Positions 17,937-28,308 are shown, counted from the stretch's first letter. The stretch is 64,000 nt of DNA from an uncultured Clostridia bacterium (GCA_934500865.1 CAKSUD010000001.1:1509-65508); one strand, 5' to 3'. Notes: a model not told the origin generated them from the letters alone. Numbers and translations are program-made.

Positions 17937-19700
17937 ATGGAAACGATATTAAATAAAATTACAAATATTTTGGGTAAGGCTTTTTGTGAATGCGGATATG
18001 ATTTTTCTTACGGAAAGACTACAGTTTCCGGAAGACCAGATTTATGCCAATTCCAATGCAACGGAGCTATGGTTGGTGCGAAAGTATACAAAAAAAGTCC
18101 AATGCAAATTGCAAATGAAGTTATAGAAAAAATGGATAAAACTTTGTTTGAAAAGGTTGAAATTGCACCTCCCGGATTTATAAATATGACGTTAACAGAT
18201 AATGCTATAGTTGAGACAATCTTAAATATGGAGAGCGATAACGATTTAGGAATATGCAAAGTAAATGGTAATGAAACTGTTGTTGTTGATTATGGCGGAC
18301 CTAATGTTGCAAAACCTCTTCATGTAGGGCATTTACGTTCTGCGATTATTGGTGAGGCTATAAAGCGTATGGCAAAAGCACTAGGCTACAATGCAATCGG
18401 TGATGTGCATTTGGGAGATTGGGGACTTCAAATGGGGCTCATTATAAGCCAATTCGCTGAGGAAAATCCGGATAGCAAGTATTTAGATGAGAATTATACC
18501 GGTGAATATGAAAAATTAAATATTTCTATGGATTACCTAAATGAAATTTATCCAAAGGCAAGTAAAAGAAGTAAAGAAGATGAAGAGTTTATGGCTATTG
18601 CACAGAAAGCTACTTTTGATCTTCAAAACGGTAGACGCGGATATGTTGAGCTTTGGAAAGAAATTATGAGAATTTCAGTTGCCGATTTAAAGGGAAGCTA
18701 TGATAAGCTTAATGTAAGTTTCGAATATTGGTATGGAGAAAGCGACGCGGATAAATATATTCCTGATATGGTAAATAAGTTTATTAAAGATGGTTTTGCA
18801 TATGAGAGCGAAGGAGCTTTGGTTATTGATGTTGAAAAACCGGATGATAAAGCACCGATGCCGCCAATTTTAATTAGAAAGAAAAATGGGGCACAAATTT
18901 ATGCCACTACTGACTTGGCAACAATTGTTCAAAGAATGCAGGATTTTAATCCAAGCATGATTTTATATGTTGTAGATAACAGACAAGGATTACATTTTGA
19001 ACAGGTATTTAGATGTGCAAGAAAAACAGGGATTGTACCTTCTAATGTAATTCTAGAGTTTGATGGATTCGGTACTATGAACGGAAAAGACGGAAAGCCA
19101 TATAAGACAAGAGAGGGCGGAGTAATGAAATTACATGACCTAATTGAAACGGTATGTGGTTCTGCGTTAAGTAAAATGGAAGAAGCTAAAACTGGTGTGG
19201 ATTTATCTGATGAAGAGAAAAAAGAAACTGCACTAAAAGTTGGAATTGCTGCTCTTAAGTTTGGCGATTTAATAAATTATAGGTCAAAGGATTACATATT
19301 TGATTTGGATAAATTTATGTCATTTGAGGGGAAAACAGGTCCTTATCTACTTTATACGATGGTTAGACTTAATTCTATTTTAAATAAGGCTAAGGAAAGA
19401 GGCTTTAAGGTTGGAGAGATAGGTTTACCACAAACTGATGTTGAAAGAGATATAATGTTAAAAATCTCTACTATGAATGAAGTTTTATGGCAATCATTTA
19501 ATGATAGAGCTCCGAGTGGAATTTGCGAAAATGCTTATCAAATTGCGTCACTTGCTAACAGATTTTATTATGAAAATAAAATTTTGTCTGAAGAAGATGA
19601 AACAAGACGAGGAAGTTTACTTGCATTAAGCCGATTCATATTAAGAGTTTTAAAATTACATATGGATATTTTGGCAATAGATGTGCCTGAAAGAATGTAA
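17937..19700 (+). CDS. argS: Arginyl-tRNA synthetase
   Basis: PNVAKPLHVGHLRSAIIG (HIGH motif), 587 aa. Confidence 0.9.
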   Translation: METILNKITNILGKAFCECGYDFSYGKTTVSGRPDLCQFQCNGAMVGAKVYKKSPMQIANEVIEKMDKTLFEKVEIAPPGFINMTLTDNAIVETILNMESDNDLGICKVNGNETVVVDYGGPNVAKPLHVGHLRSAIIGEAIKRMAKALGYNAIGDVHLGDWGLQMGLIISQFAEENPDSKYLDENYTGEYEKLNISMDYLNEIYPKASKRSKEDEEFMAIAQKATFDLQNGRRGYVELWKEIMRISVADLKGSYDKLNVSFEYWYGESDADKYIPDMVNKFIKDGFAYESEGALVIDVEKPDDKAPMPPILIRKKNGAQIYATTDLATIVQRMQDFNPSMILYVVDNRQGLHFEQVFRCARKTGIVPSNVILEFDGFGTMNGKDGKPYKTREGGVMKLHDLIETVCGSALSKMEEAKTGVDLSDEEKKETALKVGIAALKFGDLINYRSKDYIFDLDKFMSFEGKTGPYLLYTMVRLNSILNKAKERGFKVGEIGLPQTDVERDIMLKISTMNEVLWQSFNDRAPSGICENAYQIASLANRFYYENKILSEEDETRRGSLLALSRFILRVLKLHMDILAIDVPERM

Positions 19701-19707
19701 AATCAAA

Positions 19708-19744
19708 AATTACTCTTAATGTGAATGTTAAGAGTAATTTTTTG
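19708..19744 (+). terminator. Rho-independent terminator after argS
   Basis: ATTACTCTTAAtgtgaatgTTAAGAGTAAT followed by TTTTTTG. Confidence 0.7.
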
Positions 19745-19766
19745 TTAGTAAGGGTGGGGAGTATCA

Positions 19767-20330
19767 ATGGATTTAAAAGAGGAGCTTATGGAGTATAATC
19801 CATATAATGAGCAAGAGAAAAAAGATAAAGAAATTATGCTAAAAGCACTTGATAGTTTTGGTGATATTTTTGAACGTAGTAATGAGATAGCGCATTTTAC
19901 TGCTTCAAATTGGATTGTTAATAAAGAAAGAACTAAGGTTTTGATGGCATATCATAACATTTATAATTCTTGGGCATGGACCGGTGGACATGCTGATGGA
20001 GATACAAACTTAATGAATGTTGCAATTAAGGAAGCAAGAGAAGAAACCGGAATAAATGATTTTAGGGTTATAAGTAATGGAATTTACAGTATTGAGATAT
20101 TACCGGTCGATGGGCATATAAAGCGTGGGAAGTATGTGGCTACGCATTTACATTTTGATGTCTGTTATCTTCTAGAGGCTGATGAAAATGATACATTAAA
20201 AATTAAAGAAGATGAAAATAGTGGCGTAAAGTGGATAAATATAAATGAAGTTCTTAATTTTATAAGCGAAGCAAATATGTTGCCTGTTTATAGTAAGCTA
20301 AATGAGAAGTTAAAAGATATAAAGAGGTAA
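19767..20330 (+). CDS. NUDIX hydrolase
   Basis: Nudix-box-like GGHADGDTNLMNVAIKEAREETGI. Confidence 0.7.
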   Translation: MDLKEELMEYNPYNEQEKKDKEIMLKALDSFGDIFERSNEIAHFTASNWIVNKERTKVLMAYHNIYNSWAWTGGHADGDTNLMNVAIKEAREETGINDFRVISNGIYSIEILPVDGHIKRGKYVATHLHFDVCYLLEADENDTLKIKEDENSGVKWININEVLNFISEANMLPVYSKLNEKLKDIKR

Positions 20331-20364
20331 AAAACAAGGGGCTATAAAAAACTCAAAAATCAAT

Positions 20365-20382
20365 AAAACTAGTGTACTATAC
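20365..20382. repeat. Half-copy of palindromic repeat (AAAACTAGTGTACTATAC)
   Basis: Matches the left arm of the repeats at 11002 and 16451, with one mismatch. Confidence 0.4.
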
Positions 20383-20493
20383 TTCACTCAACAAAATTTT
20401 ACAGCCCTTCGGTTTTAAAGATTTTTTTGGAAAATGCTTGATTTTTGATACCAAATTTGATATCATATGAATATAATACTAAAGAGGTGAATT

Positions 20494-20856
20494 ATGTTCC
20501 AAATAATATTTTATACAGATAAAAACGGAAAAAGTGAAGTCTTTGAATATATAACTGCCTTAAGAAACAAAGGTAGTAAAGATTCTAAGATTAAGTTAAA
20601 TAAGATTACTGCATATATTGAAGAATTATCTAAAATAGGTTTATCTATTGGAGAACCATATATAAAGCACTTAGATAACGATATATGGGAATTGCGTCCG
20701 TTGAGAGATAGAATACTTTTTGCATATTGGAACAATAATAAATTTATATTATTAAGTCAGTTTATAAAGAAAACACAAAAAACACCTATAAGAGAAATAG
20801 AAAAGGCTAAAAGATTATTAAATGACTATAAGGAAAGGAGCAATAGCAATGATTGA
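20494..20856 (+). CDS. Type II toxin, RelE/ParE superfamily (HigB / Gp49-like)
   Basis: 120 aa. A TTGATA-17-TATAAT promoter with palindromes lies upstream. Overlaps the downstream HTH gene by 8 nt. Confidence 0.65.
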   Translation: MFQIIFYTDKNGKSEVFEYITALRNKGSKDSKIKLNKITAYIEELSKIGLSIGEPYIKHLDNDIWELRPLRDRILFAYWNNNKFILLSQFIKKTQKTPIREIEKAKRLLNDYKERSNSND

Positions 20857-21136
20857 AAAGGAGTTGACTTGGGAAACGGCAAAAGAAAGTTTAGCTTTCA
20901 CACCTGAGGAAAGAGCAGAAATACAATTAGAAATAGATTTAATAGAGGCAACCATTGAAGCGAGAAAAAAATGTAGTCTTACACAGAGAGAATTGAGTAA
21001 AAAGTCAGGATTGACACAACCTGCTATAGCAAGAATAGAAAGTCGCGCACATTCTCCTAAAGTTGATACATTGATGCATTTATTGTTTTCAATGGGTTAT
21101 ACTTTGCGTGTTGTTCCGTTAAGTGAGAATGAATAA
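20849..21136 (+). CDS. HTH XRE-family antitoxin (HigA-like)
   Basis: RBS AAAGGAG sits 8 nt before the ATG (MIEKELTW). HTH region SLTQRELSKKSGLTQPAIARIE. The track ORF begins 27 nt earlier. Confidence 0.65.
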   Translation: MIEKELTWETAKESLAFTPEERAEIQLEIDLIEATIEARKKCSLTQRELSKKSGLTQPAIARIESRAHSPKVDTLMHLLFSMGYTLRVVPLSENE

Positions 21137-21365
21137 AAAAGGTGGACTAAAGTCCACGCTATGTTGACCTTCGGTCAACAACATCAGGGAAATCTTTTTG
21201 CACTCTGTGAAACTGTTTGTTGCTAAATCAAAGATTTAGACAAACACTTTTGTTTTCTATCGGTCGTTCGAGCTATTAATTAAAATTTTTAACGCTGATT
21301 TCATCAGCTAAATTTTAATTAGACTAGTTTTGTGCTAAGTTAAACTTTTAATTCATAGCTCGAAC

Positions 21366-21412
21366 TTTCCTAGAAAATAAAAAAATAAGCATTTCGTATT
21401 TTCACAAAATGC
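21366..21412. terminator. Bidirectional hairpin terminator (AAGCATTTcgtattttcacAAAATGCTT flanked by A/T runs); terminates tRNA-Met on the minus strand
   Basis: Stem-loop followed by a T-run on the minus strand, immediately 3' of the tRNA. Confidence 0.6.
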
Positions 21413-21425
21413 TTATCTCAATCTT

Positions 21426-21501
<76 letters not shown>

Positions 21502-21625
21502 GATGTTTACTGTAATAGAATAACACTGTTTTGCCATATTGTCAATAACTATTGTTAAAAAAATTACCGGTGCGGTTTTTTGCACCGGTATATTACATTA
21601 TATGAATAGTAAAATAAAATGTTAA

Positions 21626-22195
21626 TTACATTTGATTAATTGTTATAGTTAAAGTGTCGTTGTCTGTACTGGCGGAGATTTTTAAATTACTGTTACTATT
21701 ATTTTTTATTTTTAAGTCTTCAACATCATAAGATACCGATGCGTCTTTTCCATCTTCTACATATGTGACATCTCGGCTATGCTGATGACGTTCGGTTATT
21801 TCAAGTCCGGCATTTAATGCAGCATTATATAATGTAGAACTGATTTGACATACTCCACCGCCGTATCCATCCGTTTTATTTCCATGTCCATCAAAAATTA
21901 TGGCTTTTTTGAAACCTGTTTCTTCGTTTCTTGGGCCGATTTGAGAATTAAAAGAAAATTCTTCTCCTGCTTTTATTGTTGCTCCGTTTAGCTTTTCTGT
22001 TCCCACTTTTATATTATTTAATCTTTCGGGCTTTTTGTCTGTAATTTTTGTTGAAAATGTTCCGTAAATTTTTTGCGGTGTAGGTGTCGATGACTGGTTA
22101 GTTTTATAATTTATTTGTTCATTATTATTGCTGGTGTTATTATTACAACCCGTTAGTAAAATTATGACCATTATTAAAACTGATAAAATTTTCAT
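21626..22195 (-). CDS. VanW-domain lipoprotein
   Basis: Lipobox LLTGC. VanW-like GGGVCQISSTLYNAALNAG. Confidence 0.6.
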   Translation of the reverse strand: MKILSVLIMVIILLTGCNNNTSNNNEQINYKTNQSSTPTPQKIYGTFSTKITDKKPERLNNIKVGTEKLNGATIKAGEEFSFNSQIGPRNEETGFKKAIIFDGHGNKTDGYGGGVCQISSTLYNAALNAGLEITERHQHSRDVTYVEDGKDASVSYDVEDLKIKNNSNSNLKISASTDNDTLTITINQM

Positions 22196-22316
22196 ATTTT
22201 TAACTTCCTTTCACTATTTTAATTGTATTTTTAGTAATTTTCATAAAAAAATACATAGAAACAATTGGACGAACATAGAATGTACTGTGATACAAGTTTG
22301 AAAGCGAGGTATAAAA

Positions 22317-23153
22317 ATGGAACAGACAGTACGAAGAATAGAGAGTCCATACAGAGTTCAAAGCAGAAGAAGTGAACCAACGGAAAAAATCCTTAAATAC
22401 TGGTCAAAGTTTATTATTCAGACAATAATAAGTGCCGTGATATTGGTTACGTTTTTATATTGTAGAAGTGTAAATGCAATAACTACTTCTGCTTTTTGGG
22501 AAAAAACAACTGCAATTTTGGAGAATGATATTAGTGTTGAGGATATGAAAAATGGAATTGAAAAGGGAATGGAATATGTTAAAATTATAGTTCCCAAAAT
22601 TTTAGAAAGTGAAGAAATAAAAAATCAAGAGACACTAAATGAAAACCAAAATGCTAATGATAGTTCCGAAAATAATACGGATATAACGGAGCAAACTGAA
22701 AATGATAAAACTTATGATACAAAAGATATGACACAAGAAGAGAAAGATATATATGACATTCTAAAGGTAATGACGGTGTTAAGACCTGTAAATGGTGAAA
22801 TTTCTTCATCATTCGGAGATAGAATTGACCCTGTAACAAAGAAAGCAGGAGTACATACAGGAACTGATTATGCAGTGGCAGTTGGAACGCAGGTAAAGTC
22901 CGCTATAACAGGTACAGTAGTTGAAGTTAAAAAGAATAATGCTTCGTTTGGAAATTTTGTTAGAGTGAAGAATTCGGATATAGTTACAACGTATGCACAT
23001 TGTTCTACTATAAAGGTTAAAGAGGGCGACAAAGTAAAACAAGGGGATATTGTTGCACTTTCGGGAAATACCGGAAAAACCAGTGGACCACATTTGCATT
23101 TTGAAGTTAGTAAGGATGGCAGACTTATAAATCCGGAGAAATTAACCAATTAA
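22317..23153 (+). CDS. Membrane-anchored M23 (LytM) peptidase, SpoIVFA-position but catalytically intact
   Basis: HxxxD (GVHTGTDYA) and HxH (GPHLHFEV) are both present. N-terminal TM helix and an acidic linker. Confidence 0.7.
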   Translation: MEQTVRRIESPYRVQSRRSEPTEKILKYWSKFIIQTIISAVILVTFLYCRSVNAITTSAFWEKTTAILENDISVEDMKNGIEKGMEYVKIIVPKILESEEIKNQETLNENQNANDSSENNTDITEQTENDKTYDTKDMTQEEKDIYDILKVMTVLRPVNGEISSSFGDRIDPVTKKAGVHTGTDYAVAVGTQVKSAITGTVVEVKKNNASFGNFVRVKNSDIVTTYAHCSTIKVKEGDKVKQGDIVALSGNTGKTSGPHLHFEVSKDGRLINPEKLTN

Positions 23154-23169
23154 AAGAGGTCGTGATTTA

Positions 23170-23583
23170 ATGTTGTTTAGAATTAACAAGGTATATGTCT
23201 CTATCAGTATATATTTTTTTGCATTGATTATTTGGGTTATATTTTTTCATAGAGTTAACGAATTTATATATTGCCTTGGTGCACTTTTTCTACATGAATT
23301 AGGACATATTTTTATGATTTATCATTTGAAGGAAAAAATAAGTGTGTTTTATATAATCCCTTTTGGTTTTTCTTGCAGATTAAAAAATCAAAGTAAAATA
23401 GAAAAAAATAAGATGCTTAAAATAATATTGGCAGGTCCTGTAACGAGTTTTACTGTTGCAGGACTTGTTTTTTTATGGACAAAGGAATTTGCATTAGTGA
23501 ATTTGATTATTGGGATTTTTAACCTTATTCCGATAGGAAATTTAGACGGTGGAAGAATATTTAGAATTTTAATGCAAAGTTAA
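23170..23583 (+). CDS. Minimal M50 site-2 protease (SpoIVFB-like core, no CBS domain)
   Basis: HELGH within a TM helix, plus NLIPIGNLDGGRIF. 137 aa with about 4-5 TM helices. Lies 17 nt after the M23 gene. Confidence 0.6.
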   Translation: MLFRINKVYVSISIYFFALIIWVIFFHRVNEFIYCLGALFLHELGHIFMIYHLKEKISVFYIIPFGFSCRLKNQSKIEKNKMLKIILAGPVTSFTVAGLVFLWTKEFALVNLIIGIFNLIPIGNLDGGRIFRILMQS

Positions 23584-23618
23584 AGAAAATGTGTTACAAT
23601 AAATGTGGTGATTTTTAA

Positions 23619-24608
23619 ATGAAAGATATAGTTTGTTTGGCAATCGAGAGCAGTTGTGATGAAACTTCGGTTGCAATAGTAAAGAATGGTAGAGAAGTAT
23701 TATCTAATATAATTTTTTCTCAAATAGATATACATAAGAAATATGGAGGAGTTGTTCCTGAGATTGCATCAAGACAACATACGGAATGTATAAATATTGT
23801 AGTTAAGGAAGCTTTAGAAAAAGCAAATATGACTTTTGATGATATAGATATAATTGGAGCTACATATGGACCCGGTTTAGTCGGAGCATTACTTGTCGGT
23901 TTATCTGCTGCAAAAGGGATTGCGTATGCTACCGGAAAACCGCTTGTTCCTGTTAATCATATAAAAGGACATGTTTTTGCTAATTTTATAGAAAATAAAG
24001 AACTTGAACCACCGTTTGTATGTATGATTGTTTCGGGTGGTCATACACATATTGTTAACGTAAAAAGCTATTCCGAATTTGAAATATTGGGTAAAACTAT
24101 GGATGATGCTATTGGTGAGGCCTTTGACAAGGTGTCTCGTACTGTAGGTCTTGGATATCCAGGAGGACCTTTAGTTGATAAATTGGCTAAAGAGGGACAA
24201 GATGTATGTAATTTCCCTAGACCAACTTTTGAAAATTTAAATTTCAGTTTTAGTGGAATAAAGACTGCTGTAATTAATTATACAAATAAGCATAAAGATT
24301 TTAATGTAGCTGATGTTTGCAGAAGTTTCGAGGAAGCGGCGACTGATGTAATTATTACTAATGTAAAAAGAGCAATTAAATTGACTGGTACTAAGAAAAT
24401 TGCTTTGGCCGGTGGTGTTGCTGCAAATTCAATGCTAAGAGAAAAAATGAGAAATCTTGCAAACGAAATGAATGTTGAATTTTACTGTCCAAGTCCGGTG
24501 CTTTGTACCGACAATGCTGCTATGATTGGGTGTGCTGCTTATTATGATTATCTAGATGGAAAGGTTGCGGATTTAAAAATTAATGCTATCGCAAATTTGA
24601 GCTTATAA
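23619..24608 (+). CDS. tsaD: tRNA N6-adenosine threonylcarbamoyltransferase
   Basis: [15 protein letters not shown] and [10 protein letters not shown] motifs, 329 aa. Confidence 0.9.
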   Translation: MKDIVCLAIESSCDETSVAIVKNGREVLSNIIFSQIDIHKKYGGVVPEIASRQHTECINIVVKEALEKANMTFDDIDIIGATYGPGLVGALLVGLSAAKGIAYATGKPLVPVNHIKGHVFANFIENKELEPPFVCMIVSGGHTHIVNVKSYSEFEILGKTMDDAIGEAFDKVSRTVGLGYPGGPLVDKLAKEGQDVCNFPRPTFENLNFSFSGIKTAVINYTNKHKDFNVADVCRSFEEAATDVIITNVKRAIKLTGTKKIALAGGVAANSMLREKMRNLANEMNVEFYCPSPVLCTDNAAMIGCAAYYDYLDGKVADLKINAIANLSL

Positions 24609-24622
24609 ATATGTTTTAAGAG

Positions 24623-26779
24623 GTGAAGAATATGGCGAAGTGGAATTTGGTTGAACGCGAGAAAAGGATGGAAAGAGAAATGCGAAAGAAAGAAAAAAGT
24701 CAAAAAAAGAGTAAAAGAAATATAGGCTGCTCTATTGTTATGTATTTTATGCTAATTGGGATATTTATTGGGATAGGTGCTGCCGTTGCTATTATTATGG
24801 GAATTGTTACCGATGCTCCTACAATAGACTTAAGTGATTACACTATAACAAAGATATCCACTGTGTTTTATGATAAAGACGGAAAAGAAATTGATACTGC
24901 ACATAGTGGAGAGAATAGAACACTTGCATATTTAAATGAGATACCTAAATATCTTCAGGATGCTTTTATTTCTATTGAAGATGAGAGATTTGAAGAACAT
25001 AATGGTATAGATATAAAAAGAACGTTGGGAGCAGTTTTCTACTGGGTTAAGAATGGTGGAAAGGGCACTTATGGTGGAAGTACAATAACTCAACAGTTGA
25101 TTAAAAATATGACACAGGATAAAGCAAGTAAAGGGATAGAGGGAGTATATAGAAAAGTTCGTGAGTGGTGGAGAGCATATATGCTCGAGCGTGAGCTTAC
25201 TAAGGACCAAATATTAGAATTATATTTGAATACAATTTGTTTTGGTAATTCTACATACGGAGTAAAGGAGGCTGCAAATTTATATTTTTCGAAAGAGCCT
25301 TCTGAATTGACGTTAGCAGAATGTGCATTGCTTGCAGGTGTAACAAACAGACCTACATATTATGACCCATTTACTAACTTAGATCATGCAAAGAGTCGTC
25401 AAAAAGTAATTTTAAAGAAAATGTTAGAACTTGGCAAAATAACTGAGTCTGAGTATCAAGCAGCAATAGAAGAGGAAATTGTTATTAAAGAAGGCGGAAG
25501 CACATCGGTATCAGTTCATTCGTATTTTGTTGATGCCGTTATTGAAGATATAATTTCTGATTTAGGTACTCAAAAAAATATGACAAGGCTTGAAGCGTCT
25601 AATCTTATTTATGGTGGGGGATTAAAAATCTACACTACTATGGATTCAGATATTCAAGCTGCTATCAATAAGATATATGTTGAAGATGAAAAAAAAGTAT
25701 TTGCTGCATTTAGTAACCTTTCAGAGCAACCCGAATCGGCCATGCTAATTATGGACTATAAAACAGGTCATATTGTAGGAATGGTTGGTGGCCGTGGTGA
25801 GAAGAAGGATATGAGAGGGCTAAACCGTGCAACACAATCAAAGCGTCAGCCGGGTTCTACGATAAAGCCTTTGGCAGTATATGGACCAGCAATAGAAGAT
25901 GGAAAAATAACTGCAGCAACAATTATATCGGATACACCTTTGACGGTTGAAATTCCGGGAAGTAAGCCATGGTCCCCTAAGAACTGGTATTCAGCCGGAT
26001 TTTACGGAAATATTACAGTAAGATATGCGATTGAACAGTCTTGTAATGTTCCTGCTGTGCGTGTACTTCAAATGATAGGACTTGATAGAGCGTATAACGC
26101 GTTACTTTCAGAAGGAATAACAACTCTTACAAAAGAGGACCTAAACTATGCGCCACTTTCACTTGGTGGTTTGAGTGAGGGAGTTACTGTTAGAGAATGG
26201 ACCGGTGCATATGGAATGATAGCAAACGGCGGTGTTTATATAAAGCCAATAACATATACAAAGGTTGAGGATACAGATGGAACGATATTACTACAAAACA
26301 AGCGCAAAGAATCAAGAGTATTTAGCTCAGGAACTGCATACGTTTTAACAGACATTATGAAGGGTGTTGTAAGCAGAGGTACTGCTCGTTCTGCAATACT
26401 AGCCAATAGCACTGCCGCCGGAAAAACAGGTTCTACATCTGCTACTAAGGATAAATGGTTTGTTGGATATACACCATATTATGTAGGAGCAGTTTGGGTA
26501 GGATATGATACTCCTAAGGAAATGAAAGTAGGAGGCGAAATGCCTAAGCAAGTTTGGAAAAAAGTTATGGATATTATTCATAAGGATTTGCCTAAAATTG
26601 ATTTTCCTGTACCGGATGATGTTGAGTATGTAAGTGTTTGTAAGGTGTCTGGGGCAAGAGCATTAGAGAGTTGTGGGGATAATGTAAAATCTGAAATATA
26701 TGTAACAGGTACAGCACCTAGCAGTTATTGTACATACCATTCGTCTGCATGGGCGGGTTATTATCCTGAAGGCATTTAA
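24623..26779 (+). CDS. Class A penicillin-binding protein (PBP1A; GT51 + transpeptidase)
   Basis: IEDERFEEHNGID, STIKP, SCN and KTGS motifs, with an N-terminal TM helix. Confidence 0.85.
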   Translation: MKNMAKWNLVEREKRMEREMRKKEKSQKKSKRNIGCSIVMYFMLIGIFIGIGAAVAIIMGIVTDAPTIDLSDYTITKISTVFYDKDGKEIDTAHSGENRTLAYLNEIPKYLQDAFISIEDERFEEHNGIDIKRTLGAVFYWVKNGGKGTYGGSTITQQLIKNMTQDKASKGIEGVYRKVREWWRAYMLERELTKDQILELYLNTICFGNSTYGVKEAANLYFSKEPSELTLAECALLAGVTNRPTYYDPFTNLDHAKSRQKVILKKMLELGKITESEYQAAIEEEIVIKEGGSTSVSVHSYFVDAVIEDIISDLGTQKNMTRLEASNLIYGGGLKIYTTMDSDIQAAINKIYVEDEKKVFAAFSNLSEQPESAMLIMDYKTGHIVGMVGGRGEKKDMRGLNRATQSKRQPGSTIKPLAVYGPAIEDGKITAATIISDTPLTVEIPGSKPWSPKNWYSAGFYGNITVRYAIEQSCNVPAVRVLQMIGLDRAYNALLSEGITTLTKEDLNYAPLSLGGLSEGVTVREWTGAYGMIANGGVYIKPITYTKVEDTDGTILLQNKRKESRVFSSGTAYVLTDIMKGVVSRGTARSAILANSTAAGKTGSTSATKDKWFVGYTPYYVGAVWVGYDTPKEMKVGGEMPKQVWKKVMDIIHKDLPKIDFPVPDDVEYVSVCKVSGARALESCGDNVKSEIYVTGTAPSSYCTYHSSAWAGYYPEGI

Positions 26780-26798
26780 AAGAAAGGATAAGATTAAA

Positions 26799-26966
26799 AT
26801 GCATCATGAAGTAGGAACTATAATAAAGTTGAAAAAACAGCATCCCTGCGGGGCGAACGAGTGGGAAGTTTTAAGAAATGGCGTGGATTATAGGATAAAG
26901 TGTGTCGGTTGTGGACATGTTATTTTAATTCCAAGGATAAAGCTTGAAAAAATGATTAAAAATTAA
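26799..26966 (+). CDS. DUF951-like small protein (55 aa, CGxxxW...CxxC), not in ORF track
   Basis: MHHEVGTIIKLKKQHPCGANEWEVLRNGVDYRIKCVGCGHVILIPRIKLEKMIKN. A weak RBS precedes it and a terminator follows. Confidence 0.4.
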   Translation: MHHEVGTIIKLKKQHPCGANEWEVLRNGVDYRIKCVGCGHVILIPRIKLEKMIKN

Positions 26967-26976
26967 GTTTAAAACA

Positions 26977-27011
26977 AAAAACATTCTTGCATTAAAACAA
27001 GAATGTTTTTT
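26977..27011. terminator. Bidirectional terminator AAAACATTCTTGcattaaaaCAAGAATGTTTTTT
   Basis: 12-bp stem followed by a T-run. Serves the converging plus-strand and minus-strand genes. Confidence 0.7.
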
Positions 27012-27034
27012 GCTTTGCAGTGTGTAATTACTTA

Positions 27035-27163
27035 TTAGCAATTGTCACAACCGCATCCACATCCACTGTTTCCTAAGTTGTTGTTATTTCCACAGCAACA
27101 GCAAACAATGATAAGGATAAGTATAATCCATAGGCATCCGTTGCCACATCCACAGTTTCCCAT
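27035..27163 (-). CDS. Tiny Cys/Gly-rich transmembrane protein (YjcZ / tiny_TM-like), 42 aa, not in ORF track
   Basis: Strong RBS CAGGAGGTG lies 8 nt before the ATG. Sequence MGNCGCGNGCLWIILILIIVCCCCGNNNNLGNSGCGCGCDNC, ending in two TAA stops. Confidence 0.45.
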   Translation of the reverse strand: MGNCGCGNGCLWIILILIIVCCCCGNNNNLGNSGCGCGCDNC

Positions 27164-27257
27164 TAAGTTTTCACCTCCTGTGTCTTACGATAGTATATAG
27201 TATGTAAAAAACAATCGAGGTGTTACAAAATTGAAAAAAGTTTTTTATTTACACATA

Positions 27258-28304
27258 TTAATTTTTAAAAACCCATTTTACCTGTATTCTAAAACTAAGG
27301 AGAAATAAAATTACATCCATTAGCATTTTTGCAAGTACCTGATTAAAACCTAATCTTATTGTGAGCAGGTAGATACCTGTATATGATAACATTATAGTAA
27401 TAGCTACTAAAGTGTAATATTTAATTATACTTTTCTTTAATCTTGCTTTTGTATTAAAAACTAATTTCCTATTTAGATTAAAATTAATAAATGATGAAAT
27501 TAGTCTGGCAACAACAGTTGCTATAAGCAATGAAAGGGCATGAGGAAGAAAAGCAAAAATAGCTCCTAATAAAATAAATAAAGCATAGTCACAAAGTATA
27601 GATGAGAAGGAAGAACACATAAATTTAAAAATAACTTTGTAGATACTGAAAGAATCTGTGAGAGGATTAAAGTTACTTGTTGTGTTTCCGTTTATGTATA
27701 CAGTTTCAATCGGAACTTCCATAATTTTTATTCCGTATGTCTTTGTGTCTAGGAGCATATTGGTTTCAAATTCAAATTTTTCCCCTAAAGTATTAGTTAG
27801 TTTTTCAACGAATGTTGCTGGGATTGCTCTAAGTCCTGTTTGTGTGTCACTAATATTTAAATCACAAAATAGTTTAAAAGCAAGTGAAGTAGCTTTATTT
27901 CCAAACCTACTTTTGTTAGGCACATCATGCTGATTAAAATTTCTAACACCTAAAACTAATTTCCCAGGATTTTCTTTTAATGCTTTAGCACATTTTACAA
28001 CGTCTTTTACTTTGTGCTGGTTGTCGGCGTCTAAAGTAACAACACCTACATCGTTTGGAAAATGCTTTAAGAAGTATTTAAAACCTGTTTTTAATGCTCG
28101 TCCTTTTCCTAAATTCTCTTCGTGAGTTATAAGAACACAGTTCTTGTTTCTCTTTACTTTATCGAATAGATTCAAGAATTTTGAATCAGTCCCGTCATTT
28201 ATAACAATTATATGTTTGAAACCGGCTTGCACTAATCCTTCTATGACTGTGTGAAATTTCTTGTCAGGATTATATGCCGGAATTATTGCGGTTATATTAT
28301 CCAT
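27258..28304 (-). CDS. GT2 polyprenyl-phosphate glycosyltransferase with C-terminal GtrA-like domain (GtrB/CsbB-like)
   Basis: AIIPAYNPDKK ... VTLDADNQH (DxD). The C-terminal ~120 aa form a 4-TM GtrA-like domain. Lies 4 nt after murC. Confidence 0.7.
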   Translation of the reverse strand: MDNITAIIPAYNPDKKFHTVIEGLVQAGFKHIIVINDGTDSKFLNLFDKVKRNKNCVLITHEENLGKGRALKTGFKYFLKHFPNDVGVVTLDADNQHKVKDVVKCAKALKENPGKLVLGVRNFNQHDVPNKSRFGNKATSLAFKLFCDLNISDTQTGLRAIPATFVEKLTNTLGEKFEFETNMLLDTKTYGIKIMEVPIETVYINGNTTSNFNPLTDSFSIYKVIFKFMCSSFSSILCDYALFILLGAIFAFLPHALSLLIATVVARLISSFINFNLNRKLVFNTKARLKKSIIKYYTLVAITIMLSYTGIYLLTIRLGFNQVLAKMLMDVILFLLSFRIQVKWVFKN

Positions 28305-28308
28305 ATTT

